Shown in pieces: positions 35,453 to 46,300 of a DNA stretch of 64,000 nt. The notes below the pieces were generated by a model. It was not told where the DNA came from, made no database searches, and worked only from the letters and a program-made list of their open reading frames with translations. The translations under genes and the position numbers were made by a program. The DNA is taken from contig CATNEN010000032.1 of assembly GCA_950097015.1 (NCBI GenBank), positions 434,001 through 498,000 of the forward strand. Direction: 5' to 3'. Within the stretch, counting starts at the first letter, position 1. Each line of letters starts with the position of its first letter. Source of the DNA: Macrostomum hystrix. Taxonomy: Eukaryota > Animalia > Platyhelminthes.

Positions 35453-37688
35453 ATGAGAATCTGTTTTAGCTGTCGCGAAATTATCGACGGAGGTTCGGTT
35501 GTGTCAGAAGGAAATTTCTACCACCCGGAGCACTTCTGCTGTCACCGATGTCGGCAGCCGCTAGGCGATGGCTTTCACATGTGAGAAAAATCAATCCAGG
35601 TCATTGAGAGGGAATCCCTAACAACTGAGATAACACCCCGACTGTGCTCACGCCTACTCAATCCCTTGCAGCTATAAGGTTTGGCGACTATGCAACAACT
35701 GCTTGCCCAGGCCGCAGTGCTGCTCAAACGACTGCCCGATGCAGGACAAGCACATTGGGCACAACACTGGAACATTCTACCGACTGCCGGTGCACGACAA
35801 GATTGAAGCGTTCCACAGCTCACACACCATCAGGTCAGTCTGGTCCATGGCTATTGGCGATAGCGAATAGACATTTGCGAATTGGCGTTGGTGCTGGGAC
35901 AGTTGGTGCTGGGACAGTGAGTGCTGGGACAGTGAGTGCTGGGACAGTTGGTGCTGGGACAGTTGGTGCTGGGACAGTTGGTGCTGGGACAGTTGGTGAT
36001 GGGACAGTTGGTGCTGGGACAGTGAGTGCTGGGACAGTGAGTGCTGGGACAGTTGGTGCTGGGACAGTTGGTGCTGGGACAGTGAGTGCTGGGACAGTGA
36101 GTGCTGGGACAGTGAGTGCTGGGAGAGTGAGTGCTGGGACAGTTGGTGCTGGGACAGTGAGTGCTGGGACAGTGAGTGCTGGGACAGTGAGTGCTGGGAC
36201 AGTTGGTGCTGGGACAGTGAGTGCTGGGACAGTTGGTGCTGGGACAGTTGGTGCTGGGACAGTTGGTGCTGGGACAGTGAGTGCTGGGAGAGTTGGTGCT
36301 GGGACAGTTGGTGCTGGGACAGTTGGTGCTGGGACAGTGAGTGCTGGGACAGTTGGTGCTGTGAGGCACATCAGGCACAACGATAGTAACCAAAGTCAAA
36401 GCCTTCCTCTCCCAGATGCAATGTCTGCGGTCGCGGTCTATTCTGCAGTGGGACTGGGCCTTCAGAGAGCCTTGCCTACCATCTGAATGAGGGCGCTGTG
36501 AACTGCACTCGCTGCTACTATCGTTTGAATCAGTTCGGTAGGTGGCAAAGGCTGCCTAAGAGGCGCAACAGGCTGCCAAGCTTCAGTCGCTACAAGCCGC
36601 CTCTGCCAGATGAACTGGTTAGACTAAGCCCCTTTGAGAAGCGACAGCAGCAGCAGATGATGAGCCAGCTGCAGTGGAGTCAGGCTTTGGCTAAGATAAA
36701 TATGCGGAACAAACAATTGTTTCTTAGCGTACCGCCGCTGCTGCCGAGTTTTCGGAATGCACAGAAGCTCGCAGATCTAAGATGTAGACGAGACAAAAAA
36801 TATTATAGTAATCATACCGCGACTGATCTCAACCTGGCGAAGTGGACGGTGCCGAAACGGAATTCGGCCTCACATTTCGAGGCCGAAACGAAAGATGTGA
36901 AACGAATAAATACAAAGCGTGCTGCCAGCAAAACGCCAGTAGAAAACACAAAAAAGCGTGCTTTAAGTAAAACGTCGGACAAAAGTACAAAAAAGCGTGC
37001 TTTAAGTAAAACGTCAGATAAAAGTACAAAAAAGCATGCTGCCAGCAAAACGTCAGATAAAAGTACGAAAAAGCGTGCTGCTAGTAAAAGTTCAGAGAAA
37101 AGTGCAAAAGCACCTGCTGCCGGTAAAGCGTCAGATAAAAGTACAAAAGCACCTGCTGCCGGTAAAGCGTCAGATAAAAGTACAAAAGCACCTGCTGCCG
37201 GTAAAGCGTCAGATAAAAGTGCAAAAGCACCTGCTGCCGGTAAAGCGTCAGAGAAAAGTGCAAAAGCACCTGCTGCCGGTAAAGCGTCAGATAAAAGTAC
37301 AAAAGCACCTGCTGCCGGTAAAGCGTCAGATAAAAGTACAAAAGCACCTGCTGCCGGTAAAGCGTCAGATAAAAGTGCAAAAGCACCTGCTGCCGGTAAA
37401 GCGTCAGATAAAAGTGCAAAAGCACCTGCTGCCGGTAAAGCGTCAGATAAAAGTGCAAAAGCACCTGCTGCCGGTAAAGCGTCAGATAAAAGTGCAAAAG
37501 CGCCTGCTGCCGGTAAAGCGTCAGATAAAAGTGCAAAAGCACCTGCTGCGGGTAAAGCGTCAGATAAAAGTTCAAAAGCACCTGCTGCCGGTAAAGCGTC
37601 AGATAAAAGTGCAAAAGCGCCTGCTGCCGGTAAAGCGTCAGATAAAAGTACGAAAACGCCTGCTGCCAGCGAAGCTTCCAAAAAATAA
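35453..37688 (+). CDS. Protein with two LIM domains and a long Lys/Ala/Ser-rich 13-aa repeat tail, about 520 aa as assembled
   Basis: join(35453..35580,35672..35833,36416..37688), phases 2 and 2. LIM1 CFSC-x16[10 protein letters not shown]...CNNC; divergent LIM2 CSNDC...HSSHTIRCNVC...CTRC; tail ([13 protein letters not shown])n. Confidence 0.82.
35888..36360. repeat. 15-bp minisatellite (GTGCTGGGACAGT[TG/GA])n in intron 2 of the LIM gene
   Basis: About 31 units lying between the donor at 35834 and the acceptor at 36415. Confidence 0.93.
36917..37680 (+). repeat. Coding 39-bp tandem repeat, about 19 units
   Basis: The period is a multiple of 3 and the frame is preserved; 5' units are diverged and central units are homogeneous. 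Confidence 0.9.
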
Positions 37689-38059
37689 AAAAGCCTGATG
37701 CCAGTAGAAAGCCACACAAGAACACCAATCAGCGTGCTGCCAGCAAAACGCCAGAAAGGAATGCCAAAAGTCGTGCTGCCAGTAAGACAGACGGCAAGTT
37801 ACAAGTTAGACATTTAGACAAAATTTGTGATGATGCGACATTCTTGACTAGGAAAACATTCAGTAAGGTAAATATCAATGCTAGCTTCTTATTTAGGCTT
37901 TTAAGTGCCATTTTTTGCTTTCATATCATTGTGATTGAATGCTCTGGACTCCATTACGAAGTAAATTTCAGTCTGAAATCCTCAGTATGAGGACTTCGAT
38001 TTAGAGTTATAAAGGTAGCGAGTTTTTCTTAAATTAATGCTGGACTAGTTAATAAATAG

Positions 38060-38125
38060 CCGGCGATTGGTTGATTTGGCGCAGTGTTGACGCGCCCGGG
38101 TTTCCACTGAGGGTCGCGGGTTCGA
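38060..38125 (+). other. tRNA-like or SINE-head fragment
   Basis: B-box-like GGTTCGAATC, but I could not pair the T-stem or acceptor stem. Confidence 0.25.
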
Positions 38126-38432
38126 ATCTTTCCGCCGTTTTTAAGTTGCAAAAAATCTGACATGGAAGTTCTGTTTAGGAACAACATTTTTTTATTTGAA
38201 AACAAACATGAAAATTCAGCGGCTATTCAATCCGTGTTTATTTATTAGTAGGAGACAAAAAGCAAAATTAGTTCATTTTAAGAAATCCAGGTTCGTACAA
38301 ACACATTGAAAATGATTTAAATCTACACCAAGTTCTTCGGGTTTCGGAACCACCACAAAGGGACTCAGGCCAAAAACTAATCACTCAATTATATATACGC
38401 TCGTAAAAGTTCAAGTCCCGCCTCATTGATGT

Positions 38433-39063
38433 TCAAATCGATAATTTTGCAGTCACGGCCGTCGGGGCGGCGGCTGCGGCACCTGCGGCGGACGGTGTCA
38501 CACCCCGCTGTATCTGGCTCTGCACTGACTGCACCACCTCCTCCATGTCCAGGAGGTGATCGCGAATCTTGTCCAGCTTGTCCATCCAGTCTAGGCTCTG
38601 CAGGTGCGGGTCATGCCGTTTCAGGCAGCGGGTGGCCACGTTGTCTATGGCCCGCAGGGTCATGCCGTAGGCTTCGCTGCGGTCTCGGATTCGCTGGATC
38701 ACGTAGGCCACCTGCTGCTCGTGCTGCTCTTGCGTGCCCTTCTGCTTCTCCGTGGCCTCGTGCAGGTCGGCCAGCTGCGAATTCTTCGACAGAACGTCGC
38801 GGGCGTGGTCGGCTTTGAGCCGGGACTCGCGGTCGCGAGTGTCCTGAATCTGCTCCTGCACAGAGGACATTTGCGAATACAGCCGGTTGAAGGTGTCCTC
38901 CAGGGTGTTGTAGCGCATCATCAGGCCGCCGATTGCGTTGTCGGACACCTAAGGGTGGATGCGACACGTTTCGTGTCATTTAAGCACGACACTTGATTCA
39001 GTTCACCTATCTGTGAAATGATTACCAGCATAGGCGGGCGGAAATTTGGCGCAGGATTGTATG

Positions 39064-39097
<34 letters not shown>

Positions 39098-39178
39098 TTA
39101 ACTAACTAACTAACTAATTAACTAATTAACTAACTAACTAACTACTAACTAACTAACTAACTAAATAAATAACTAGCC

Positions 39179-39245
<67 letters not shown>

Positions 39246-40037
39246 AAGCTAGCCTAATAGCAAAGTAACAAGCGAACTCACCTTTATGTAATCAGGCGGC
39301 AGGATGTCCACCACGCTCATCATGTAGGTCTCAAACTTCCGGTGCGCTTGTACTTTTGCGCTGAGCACAGCCTGCTTGCACCGCAGCAGGGCCAGATACG
39401 ACTGTAGGTCGTCCTCCTCGCGCTCCTTCAACGCCCGCAGCCGCGACTCGGTCTGGTAGCGCTGAATTGCCCGGCGCCGTTTGGCCTCGTTTTCCTGGAT
39501 GAATTTCTCGAACTTGCCCACTCGCTCCTTCATGGCCTGCTGCTTCTCGGCCAAAACGATCTATTAGTCCAATTTTAGCGGGTGGGTCGGTGTCACGTGA
39601 TCATGCGATGAGTCATGCGATCAACTACCTTTTTCTAGTTGTTATGAAATGCTCGCAGGTCAGCTATTAATCGCTACTGCCCCACCCAGTAGCCGGACTG
39701 ACCTTCTTGCTTTCGCAGTCGCGCATTCTGTCCTGGAACTCGCGCCTCATACTCAGCAGGTCGCCATCCACCCGGCTCAGCTCAGCCTCCTTCTTCAGTA
39801 CCAGCGTCTTCTGCAGCGTGTTGACTCCGGTGTCTAGCAGCCGGGCTCCGGTCTCGGTGACCACGGGCACCTCGCGCACCAGCTCCTCCTCTTCGGCCTG
39901 GTTGAGCTGGGTGACGAACACATTCTTGCGGTGGGGCCCCAGCTCCAGCCTGGCCGAGCCGGGGTCCGGCAGCTTCGCCTCCTCCGAGGAATCGTCTGCC
40001 GCAGTCGCCTGGATGATTGCGTTTTCTTCTTAATCAT
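38433..40037 (-). CDS. CCDC42/CFAP73-family (DUF4200) coiled-coil ciliary protein; 5' end uncertain
   Basis: Exons about 40028..39703, 39560..39282 and 38948..38433 with phase-0 GT-AG junctions. Motifs LVLKKEAE, FQDRM, KFEKFIQENEAKRRRA, RYNTL. Confidence 0.8.
39064..39244. repeat. (AACT)n microsatellite in intron 2 of the CCDC42-like gene
   Basis: Direct reading; same motif as 17957-18319 but on the opposite strand. Confidence 0.93.
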
Positions 40038-41686
40038 AACGGGTTCTGCTAGTCACAGTTTTTATAGTGAGAAAGGTTTATCAAAACTGTGAAGATTATA
40101 AAATAATTATTCCAGTGACGCCACAATAGAATCGAAAGCTAAGTGATGATTTTTTATCTAAATTTAATTTGTGAATTCCGTTCGATCGAAATTCCGATTA
40201 GTGTTATAATAAATGTGCGGATAAAGATAGCGAGATAGTGAGATTTAAGTGGTATATTTGAACAACATATGAAACCTGTGATGGTTAATCTAGTTTGGTT
40301 CAAGGAAATCTTTACATTTAAATTTCGACAACTTGAACTAATTTAAATTTCTAAATCGCTTTCAAGGCAAACTTTTTTTAACATCGAACATCATTTTCCG
40401 AAGACATGCCAAACCAATTAAAACTCTTGCATTATCACTATGACTGTGAAGAATACGCGCTTGAAAGAAATTATGTTTTGCAGTGAAAGGTCTCAAATGT
40501 CGTGAAAAATAAGGAGATGAGAAAGACATAAATGTTTTAATTATCATAACTCGAGCTTCTAAAATAAGAAAGCAGACTGAAATGGAAGAAAAAATAAGTT
40601 GTGATTGATTTCAAGCCAAAAAGATAACACAATAAAATATGTTAACTCGTTTGTCAGCTGACTGTATGTTTCAAACCACACTATAAAATTATTATGCAGA
40701 AGACAACCATAATTTATGGCCAATTCAACTTGAACCATTGCTAGTTTTCAACTGTTTTAATCTCGCATTAAGAAAATAAATTTATACTTTTTTATAAAGA
40801 CAACTCTTTCTTCTGGTCATAATTCTTCGCTATATCTAATCATAAAGTCTTCGACTAAAACTCACTGTCATCTTTTACATAAAAGAGACCATTGGCTCGC
40901 TATGAGATTACCAAAACAGAACTGCACGTCTGGAGTATCAGAAATCAGAAAAAATAAACAGGCATATAAAAATGGTAATGTATCCTATTAACTAAAACTA
41001 AGAATAGAGGCATAAATGGATGCATATATCGGTCATAAACAAAACATACTACTGTAAAAATTCGACACGATTAACTAATTAGTTCCGAATAGATAGTAAA
41101 TAAGATAGACATATAGATAGCATCTTAGACAGGGATCGATAAAATTTCTGTTTTAGTAACATGTGTCTATTTTTAAGCTAAAGGAATTATAAATCTGACG
41201 GCCGTCGACCATAAATACCGATATTCTAAAAATAATAGTGACTCGTGTATCTTAAAATTTCCTGTGAGTCGACAACAACCAATGAAATTTTGTTTTCAAA
41301 AGTAAGTTATCTTGTTATATTTATTTTATTGATAATCAATAAGCTGTCATTTAAGTTAATTTATTTTTAAATAATAATATACAAATAAAAATTGTTTTAA
41401 CACATCGCTCACTTTAACGATCAGTAAAGCGACAAGCACATTCGGTTTGTAGGACAGTTACTAACTATTGATTTCTCAACACTTGTAAAGAAATTATAAA
41501 TACATATATACCTTAACCTAATAGGCCCGTATTCTTGGCTAATTGTACCCGGCCCTATGTGTCTCTGTCTTTTTGTAGCATCATGAATCAGATCATTTGT
41601 ATGGTATTTTCCTGTCTAATATAATGTTGATTTCATCTATAATGTACCCCGGCCCATGTTTTAAAACGTATTTTAATTAATAATAC

Positions 41687-42424
41687 TGAGGCAGGCCCAA
41701 ATTTATCGTATATTGCTAACTTGAATTACCGCCAAATGTTTTCCTCGATCTTTTTGTCTTTGTTTTACTATGCTTTGTCATCCACCTCAATTCTTAGTAT
41801 AAATACAAGCGCATTTTAGCCCTCGAAAACTTAACCGGTGCCTCGCGCCCAGTTCTAAGCTGAATAAAGGAGAGTAAAGTTTCAAAGTGTTCAAAGAGTT
41901 CTTATTTAGAGAGAGGGAGGAAAAGCAGGTCCGTGTTCATACACAAGCCAGGAATATTCGAAGGAATAAAGAAGGAGATATTGATCAAAAGCAGAATAGT
42001 GTTAAAACTAAAGGAACAGAGGGTAAACTCCCAGATTGGTGACTGGCACTGTGTGCAAAGTTGGACAACTCCAGTCCATTGGAAGCCTTGAAGACTGGGA
42101 AACCAGAAAGCCAGATAATTGAGAGTAAGTAACGGGAGAAAGAAAGTGTCTTGCCGCTCGGACACTATCGAGAACGCTACCATATTGGGAAAAGAAAGCA
42201 GCCTATCTGGTTAAGCTTAAAGCAATATATGCATATGAATTAAAAGGAAATTTAATAGGTGAAATTGTAAGGACTGAGAAGGGTTGTAAAGAGAGCAAGT
42301 TTTAAATAATAATAAAGAAAAGAGAAGGGTCTATGACAACTTAGTGGCAGCTGTAAGATATTAGTAAGGAGCCCTACATCAATTTGGTGAAAGCAGTGGG
42401 AGTTAAGTAAGGAGCCCTACGACA
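41687..42424 (+). repeat. 5' LTR of element B
   Basis: TATAAATA at 41798-41805 and AATAAA at 41863-41868; matches 49760-50497. Confidence 0.95.
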
Positions 42425-42427
42425 ACT

Positions 42428-42446
42428 TGGTGGCAGCGGTGGGATT
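42428..42446 (+). other. Primer-binding site, tRNA-Leu (element B)
   Basis: TGGTGGCAGCGGTGGGATT is a 19-nt complement of the tRNA-Leu 3' end (...AATCCCACCGCTGCCACCA). Confidence 0.9.
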
Positions 42447-42492
42447 GGAATCCAGCTAAAGCACACAGTCAGTTTGAAAGTTAGATAAAGGT

Positions 42493-43392
42493 ATGGCCGC
42501 AGGAATTAATGATGCTATTGGCTTGTTAGCAGAAGAATTAAGAAATAGACTAGAATTAGGACCCATGAGACACGTAAAGATCCAAAAGTACACACCTAGC
42601 CAGGACATCAGAATTTGGCTCAAAGCATTTGATCAGAGATGCGACAATGAAGGATTAGAACAGGATGAACATAGGAAGAATGAGCTGTTAGCTAATCTAG
42701 ACCTCGCGACCGCATTTGCAGCCGTTCAGCGGTTGAATCTGCCAGAAGACTTAACGTATGAGGAGTTGAAGGAAAGACTTGTAGAAAGGTTTGGAAGACT
42801 AGGAAGCTCAGCCGAGTTTAGGGAGGAATTTAGAGGTAGAATGCAAGGGAGGAATGAGCCCGTTGACTCATTCGCAGATGCCTTGATTGAGTTGTCCGCG
42901 CAAGCATTCCCCAATATGAATGCAGAACAAAGGGAGGAGGAAGTAGTAGAGCAGTTCATTAAAGGAGCGAGAATCCCTTCCGACACTAGGGAAAAGTTAA
43001 TATTTGCACAGCCAGCCAGCCTGCAAGAGGCTAGAAGGATGTTGAGACGCATCGAAGCAGCGTGGCATATGTCACACAAGAGTGGAGTTCGAGTTGTTAA
43101 AGACGAGCAATTCGACGAGGATCGGAATAAGAAGATGGAGGAGACCATCGAGAGGCAGAAGTATGAAATCAATAAGCAGAAGAAGCTGATTGAAGACCTG
43201 ATTCAGGAAAGAAGGAAGGCTGAATGCCAGAGAGTAACACCTCAGCCGCTCATGCAGCCGAAGACGTACCTGAAGCCGCAGCAACAGTCGAGGCCTCCGC
43301 CGACATGTTTTAACTGTAACAAAGTTGGGCATATTGCCAAGTACTGCAAGAGCTCACAGCAGCAGCAGCAGTACCGATATCAGGGAAACTGA
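42493..43392 (+). CDS. gag: Gag of element B (one CCHC knuckle)
   Basis: 299-aa ORF; retrotransposon gag helices; CFNCNKVGHIAKYC. Confidence 0.92.
   Translation: MAAGINDAIGLLAEELRNRLELGPMRHVKIQKYTPSQDIRIWLKAFDQRCDNEGLEQDEHRKNELLANLDLATAFAAVQRLNLPEDLTYEELKERLVERFGRLGSSAEFREEFRGRMQGRNEPVDSFADALIELSAQAFPNMNAEQREEEVVEQFIKGARIPSDTREKLIFAQPASLQEARRMLRRIEAAWHMSHKSGVRVVKDEQFDEDRNKKMEETIERQKYEINKQKKLIEDLIQERRKAECQRVTPQPLMQPKTYLKPQQQSRPPPTCFNCNKVGHIAKYCKSSQQQQQYRYQGN
43383..43389 (+). other. -1 frameshift slippery site G GGA AAC (element B)
   Basis: Immediately precedes the gag TGA; the -1 frame is open from 43383 into the 1551-aa pol ORF. Confidence 0.85.
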
Positions 43393-46300
43393 ATATCGAG
43401 GGACGAGAGTCGAGGCCGCGCCCCTCTAGTAAACCCCGATTCGAATCGCAGGCCTCTAAGAATCGGCGATACCCAGCCCAGTCGTCGAGATTGTGTAATG
43501 CACAGAAGCAGCCGAAGTATCGAGTATCAGCACCATTTGCGTCAGCACCATTTGCGTCAGCACCATCTGCGTCAGCACCCATTGCGTTAGCACCATCTGC
43601 GTCAGCACCCATTGCGTCAGCACCATCTGCGTCAGCACCCATTGCGTCAGCACCATCTGCGTCAGCACCCATTGCGTTAGCCCCAGCGGCATCTGTGTCA
43701 GCAACCATTGCGTCAGCCCCCTGCATGTCAACCCTGGAGGAACCAGCTTCCGAAGTATCAGCACCGAGATCAGCCGCCGCAACATCTGGAAAATACTCAA
43801 GGACACGTGAGAACAAACGCAAAGTATTTGTTTCTAATTCTAAACTAGAACTTATTAAACCTGAAGGATTTGAAGCTGTAATTGTAGGAAAATTTAAGAA
43901 TCAGGAAATTAATTTTATCCTAGACACAGGGGCTAGGAACAGCTTTTTGAGCAAATCTATTTGGTCAAAATTACTTAAGCCAGAACAGATAAGAAGTACA
44001 GACAAGCGAGTCTCTACTTTCGACGGAACCAGAGTACAATTGGAAGGCGAGAGTTGTATTCCAGTTAGATTCGGAGACATTCAGATAGAAATAGAATTCC
44101 TTTTGTGTGGACATGAGAGCGACAATATCTTAGGAATGGAATTTTTCCTAGGACATTGTGATAGCATTCATCTTGCTAAAGGCATGTTGATTCTAAATGA
44201 AGGAGCAAGCATTCCTATGCAGTTCACTCATCTACCTGTAAAAGTATGCAGAGTGTATACTCAGGAGAAAGTAGTGATTCCTGCAAATAGTGCGTTGAGA
44301 ATCCCAGTGAGATTGGCGAGAGATGCCGAGTGCAATTTTGGAACACCTATGACAGTGAGTATGATTGGCGAAGGCGTAAAAGCCAAAGAATTGACAGTCG
44401 AGATGGCTCCCACTCTAGTCACAATGCGAGAAGGTTCCGCCATTGTGGAGATTGTGAATAACAATTCAGTTGAGGTGAAGCTGTCGAAGTCAACATTGGT
44501 AGGCCTAGCCAAACCAGTGAAGGCAAGTGAGTTGAAATATTTCGAAGCCGAAAAAGAAGTAGTCAGTCAACCTACCGGACGAGTCAATCAGACACAGACT
44601 GTGGAAGATGCGTGGATCCATGAGGTCAAGATTGGTCAAGATCTTACCGATGATCAAAGGAAGTCAGTGATTGAATTGATGAAAGAGCATCGTGAAGCTT
44701 TTTCACAGAATGAGTTGGATATGGGTTTAACCCATCTGATCACACATGAGATCTCACTGAAGGATGAGACTCCCGTGAGGATCCCAACTAGGAGAATACC
44801 ACCCCATCTCCAAAAGCAAGTCGACACACAGTTGGATGACATGTTGGCTAAAAATTTAATCAGGCCCAGTTATTCAACTTATTCTACTCCATTAGTCATT
44901 GTGCCGAAAAAGGACGGATCCATACGGATTGTGAGCGATTTTAGAGTGTTAAACTCGAAGGTGAACTATGTTCCGTATCCGCTTCCTAACATTCATCAGA
45001 CTTTCACCTATTTATCTGGTAGTCAGTACTTTAGTAGTCTCGATTTGAATTCTGGTTATTGGCAGGTGCCGATAAAGGAAGAACACAAGTTCATGACCGC
45101 CTTCTCTACTTTAACCCGAGGCCAGTTTGAGTATGAGGTTATGGCGCAAGGTTTGTCCAATGCCCCAGGAACCTTCCAGAGGCTCATGAATCTTGTACTT
45201 TTAGGGATTCAACATCAATTTGCTATGTCGTATATAGACGATATAGTTACTTATTCGAAGAACTTTAATGACCACCTTTCCCATCTAAAGGAAGTGTTCA
45301 AGAGATTAATAATCGCAGGATTGAAGCTAAGGCCAAAGAAATGTAACCTTTTTCATAGAGAGTTAAAGTACTTAGGACATGTGATCAGTACAGAAGGTAT
45401 CCGTACGGATGAGACGAAGATTGAAGCTATTAAGACCTGGCCGAAGCCAAAAGATGTGAAGGAGCTACGCAGTTTCCTTGGCCTATGTAATTACTATAGC
45501 CGCTTCATTAAAAATTATGCAGAAGCTGCCCATCCCCTTTTCCAGCTAACAAGGAAAGGAATTAAGAACTTTCAAGAGAGATGGAGCAAAGAGCATGACG
45601 AAGCGTTTGAGTCGCTAAAGAACCGGATGATGTCCACTGAAGTCTTAGCGTATCCCGAATTTGTGGATGACGAGAAGGTGAAGATGGTATTGGATACCGA
45701 TGCAAGTGATAGCCGTATTGGCGCTGTACTTAGCCAGATCCAATCAGATGGCATAGAGAGACCTATAGCTTATTTCAGCCGAGCTATGAAAGAGTCGGAA
45801 AAACGCTACCCTATCACTAGAAAAGAACTCTTAGCCCTAGTGGATGCCATGAGGCATTTCCGTTTCTACCTGTTAGGCAAGAAGTTTTTGGCAAGAACGG
45901 ATCATAAGGCGATAATTTGGCTGTTAAGGCAAACAGAAGCTCAAGGAATTCTTGGTCGGTGGGTTGAGCGCCTAAACGAATTCTTGTTCGATATAGAACA
46001 TAGAAGCGGTGCAAAGAACCAGAACGCTGACAGTCTGTCAAGAAGACCAGCTGATGTCCCTGAAGCAGAGCAAGTTGTTGAGCCGATAGTGCAAAGCTGC
46101 AGTGTAATGGAAGAGTCAGAACAGGAAGTCAAGGCTAATGATAGCTTATATAGCTTGACACAGCCCCAGACTGCCCTAAGTGAAGGAGAGAAAAAGACGT
46201 TAGATCCCAATAGCAGGATCCAGTCTACTATCTCAGGACAAGGAGAGGTGAGAATTCCCAGTGAACTTGAACATGACTCCAGCATTCCGCTTCCGAGTCC

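Noticed and set aside
35644-36486. 280-aa [10 protein letters not shown] repeat ORF (silk- or elastin-like)
   Set aside because: It is mostly the 15-bp array inside intron 2 of the LIM gene, whose flanking exons splice in phase, and the array is open on both strands.
36812-37728. Alternative-frame and antisense ORFs over the 39-bp repeat
   Set aside because: They are shadows of the coding repeat; only the K/A/S frame connects to the LIM exons.
38060-38125. Functional tRNA gene
   Set aside because: A B-box-like motif is present but the cloverleaf stems do not pair; tRNAscan-SE would settle it.
41902-42183. 93-aa hydrophobic antisense ORF in both LTRs
   Set aside because: Its hydrophobicity follows from the purine-rich plus strand, and its presence twice only reflects LTR identity. 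Revisit if it is conserved across divergent copies.
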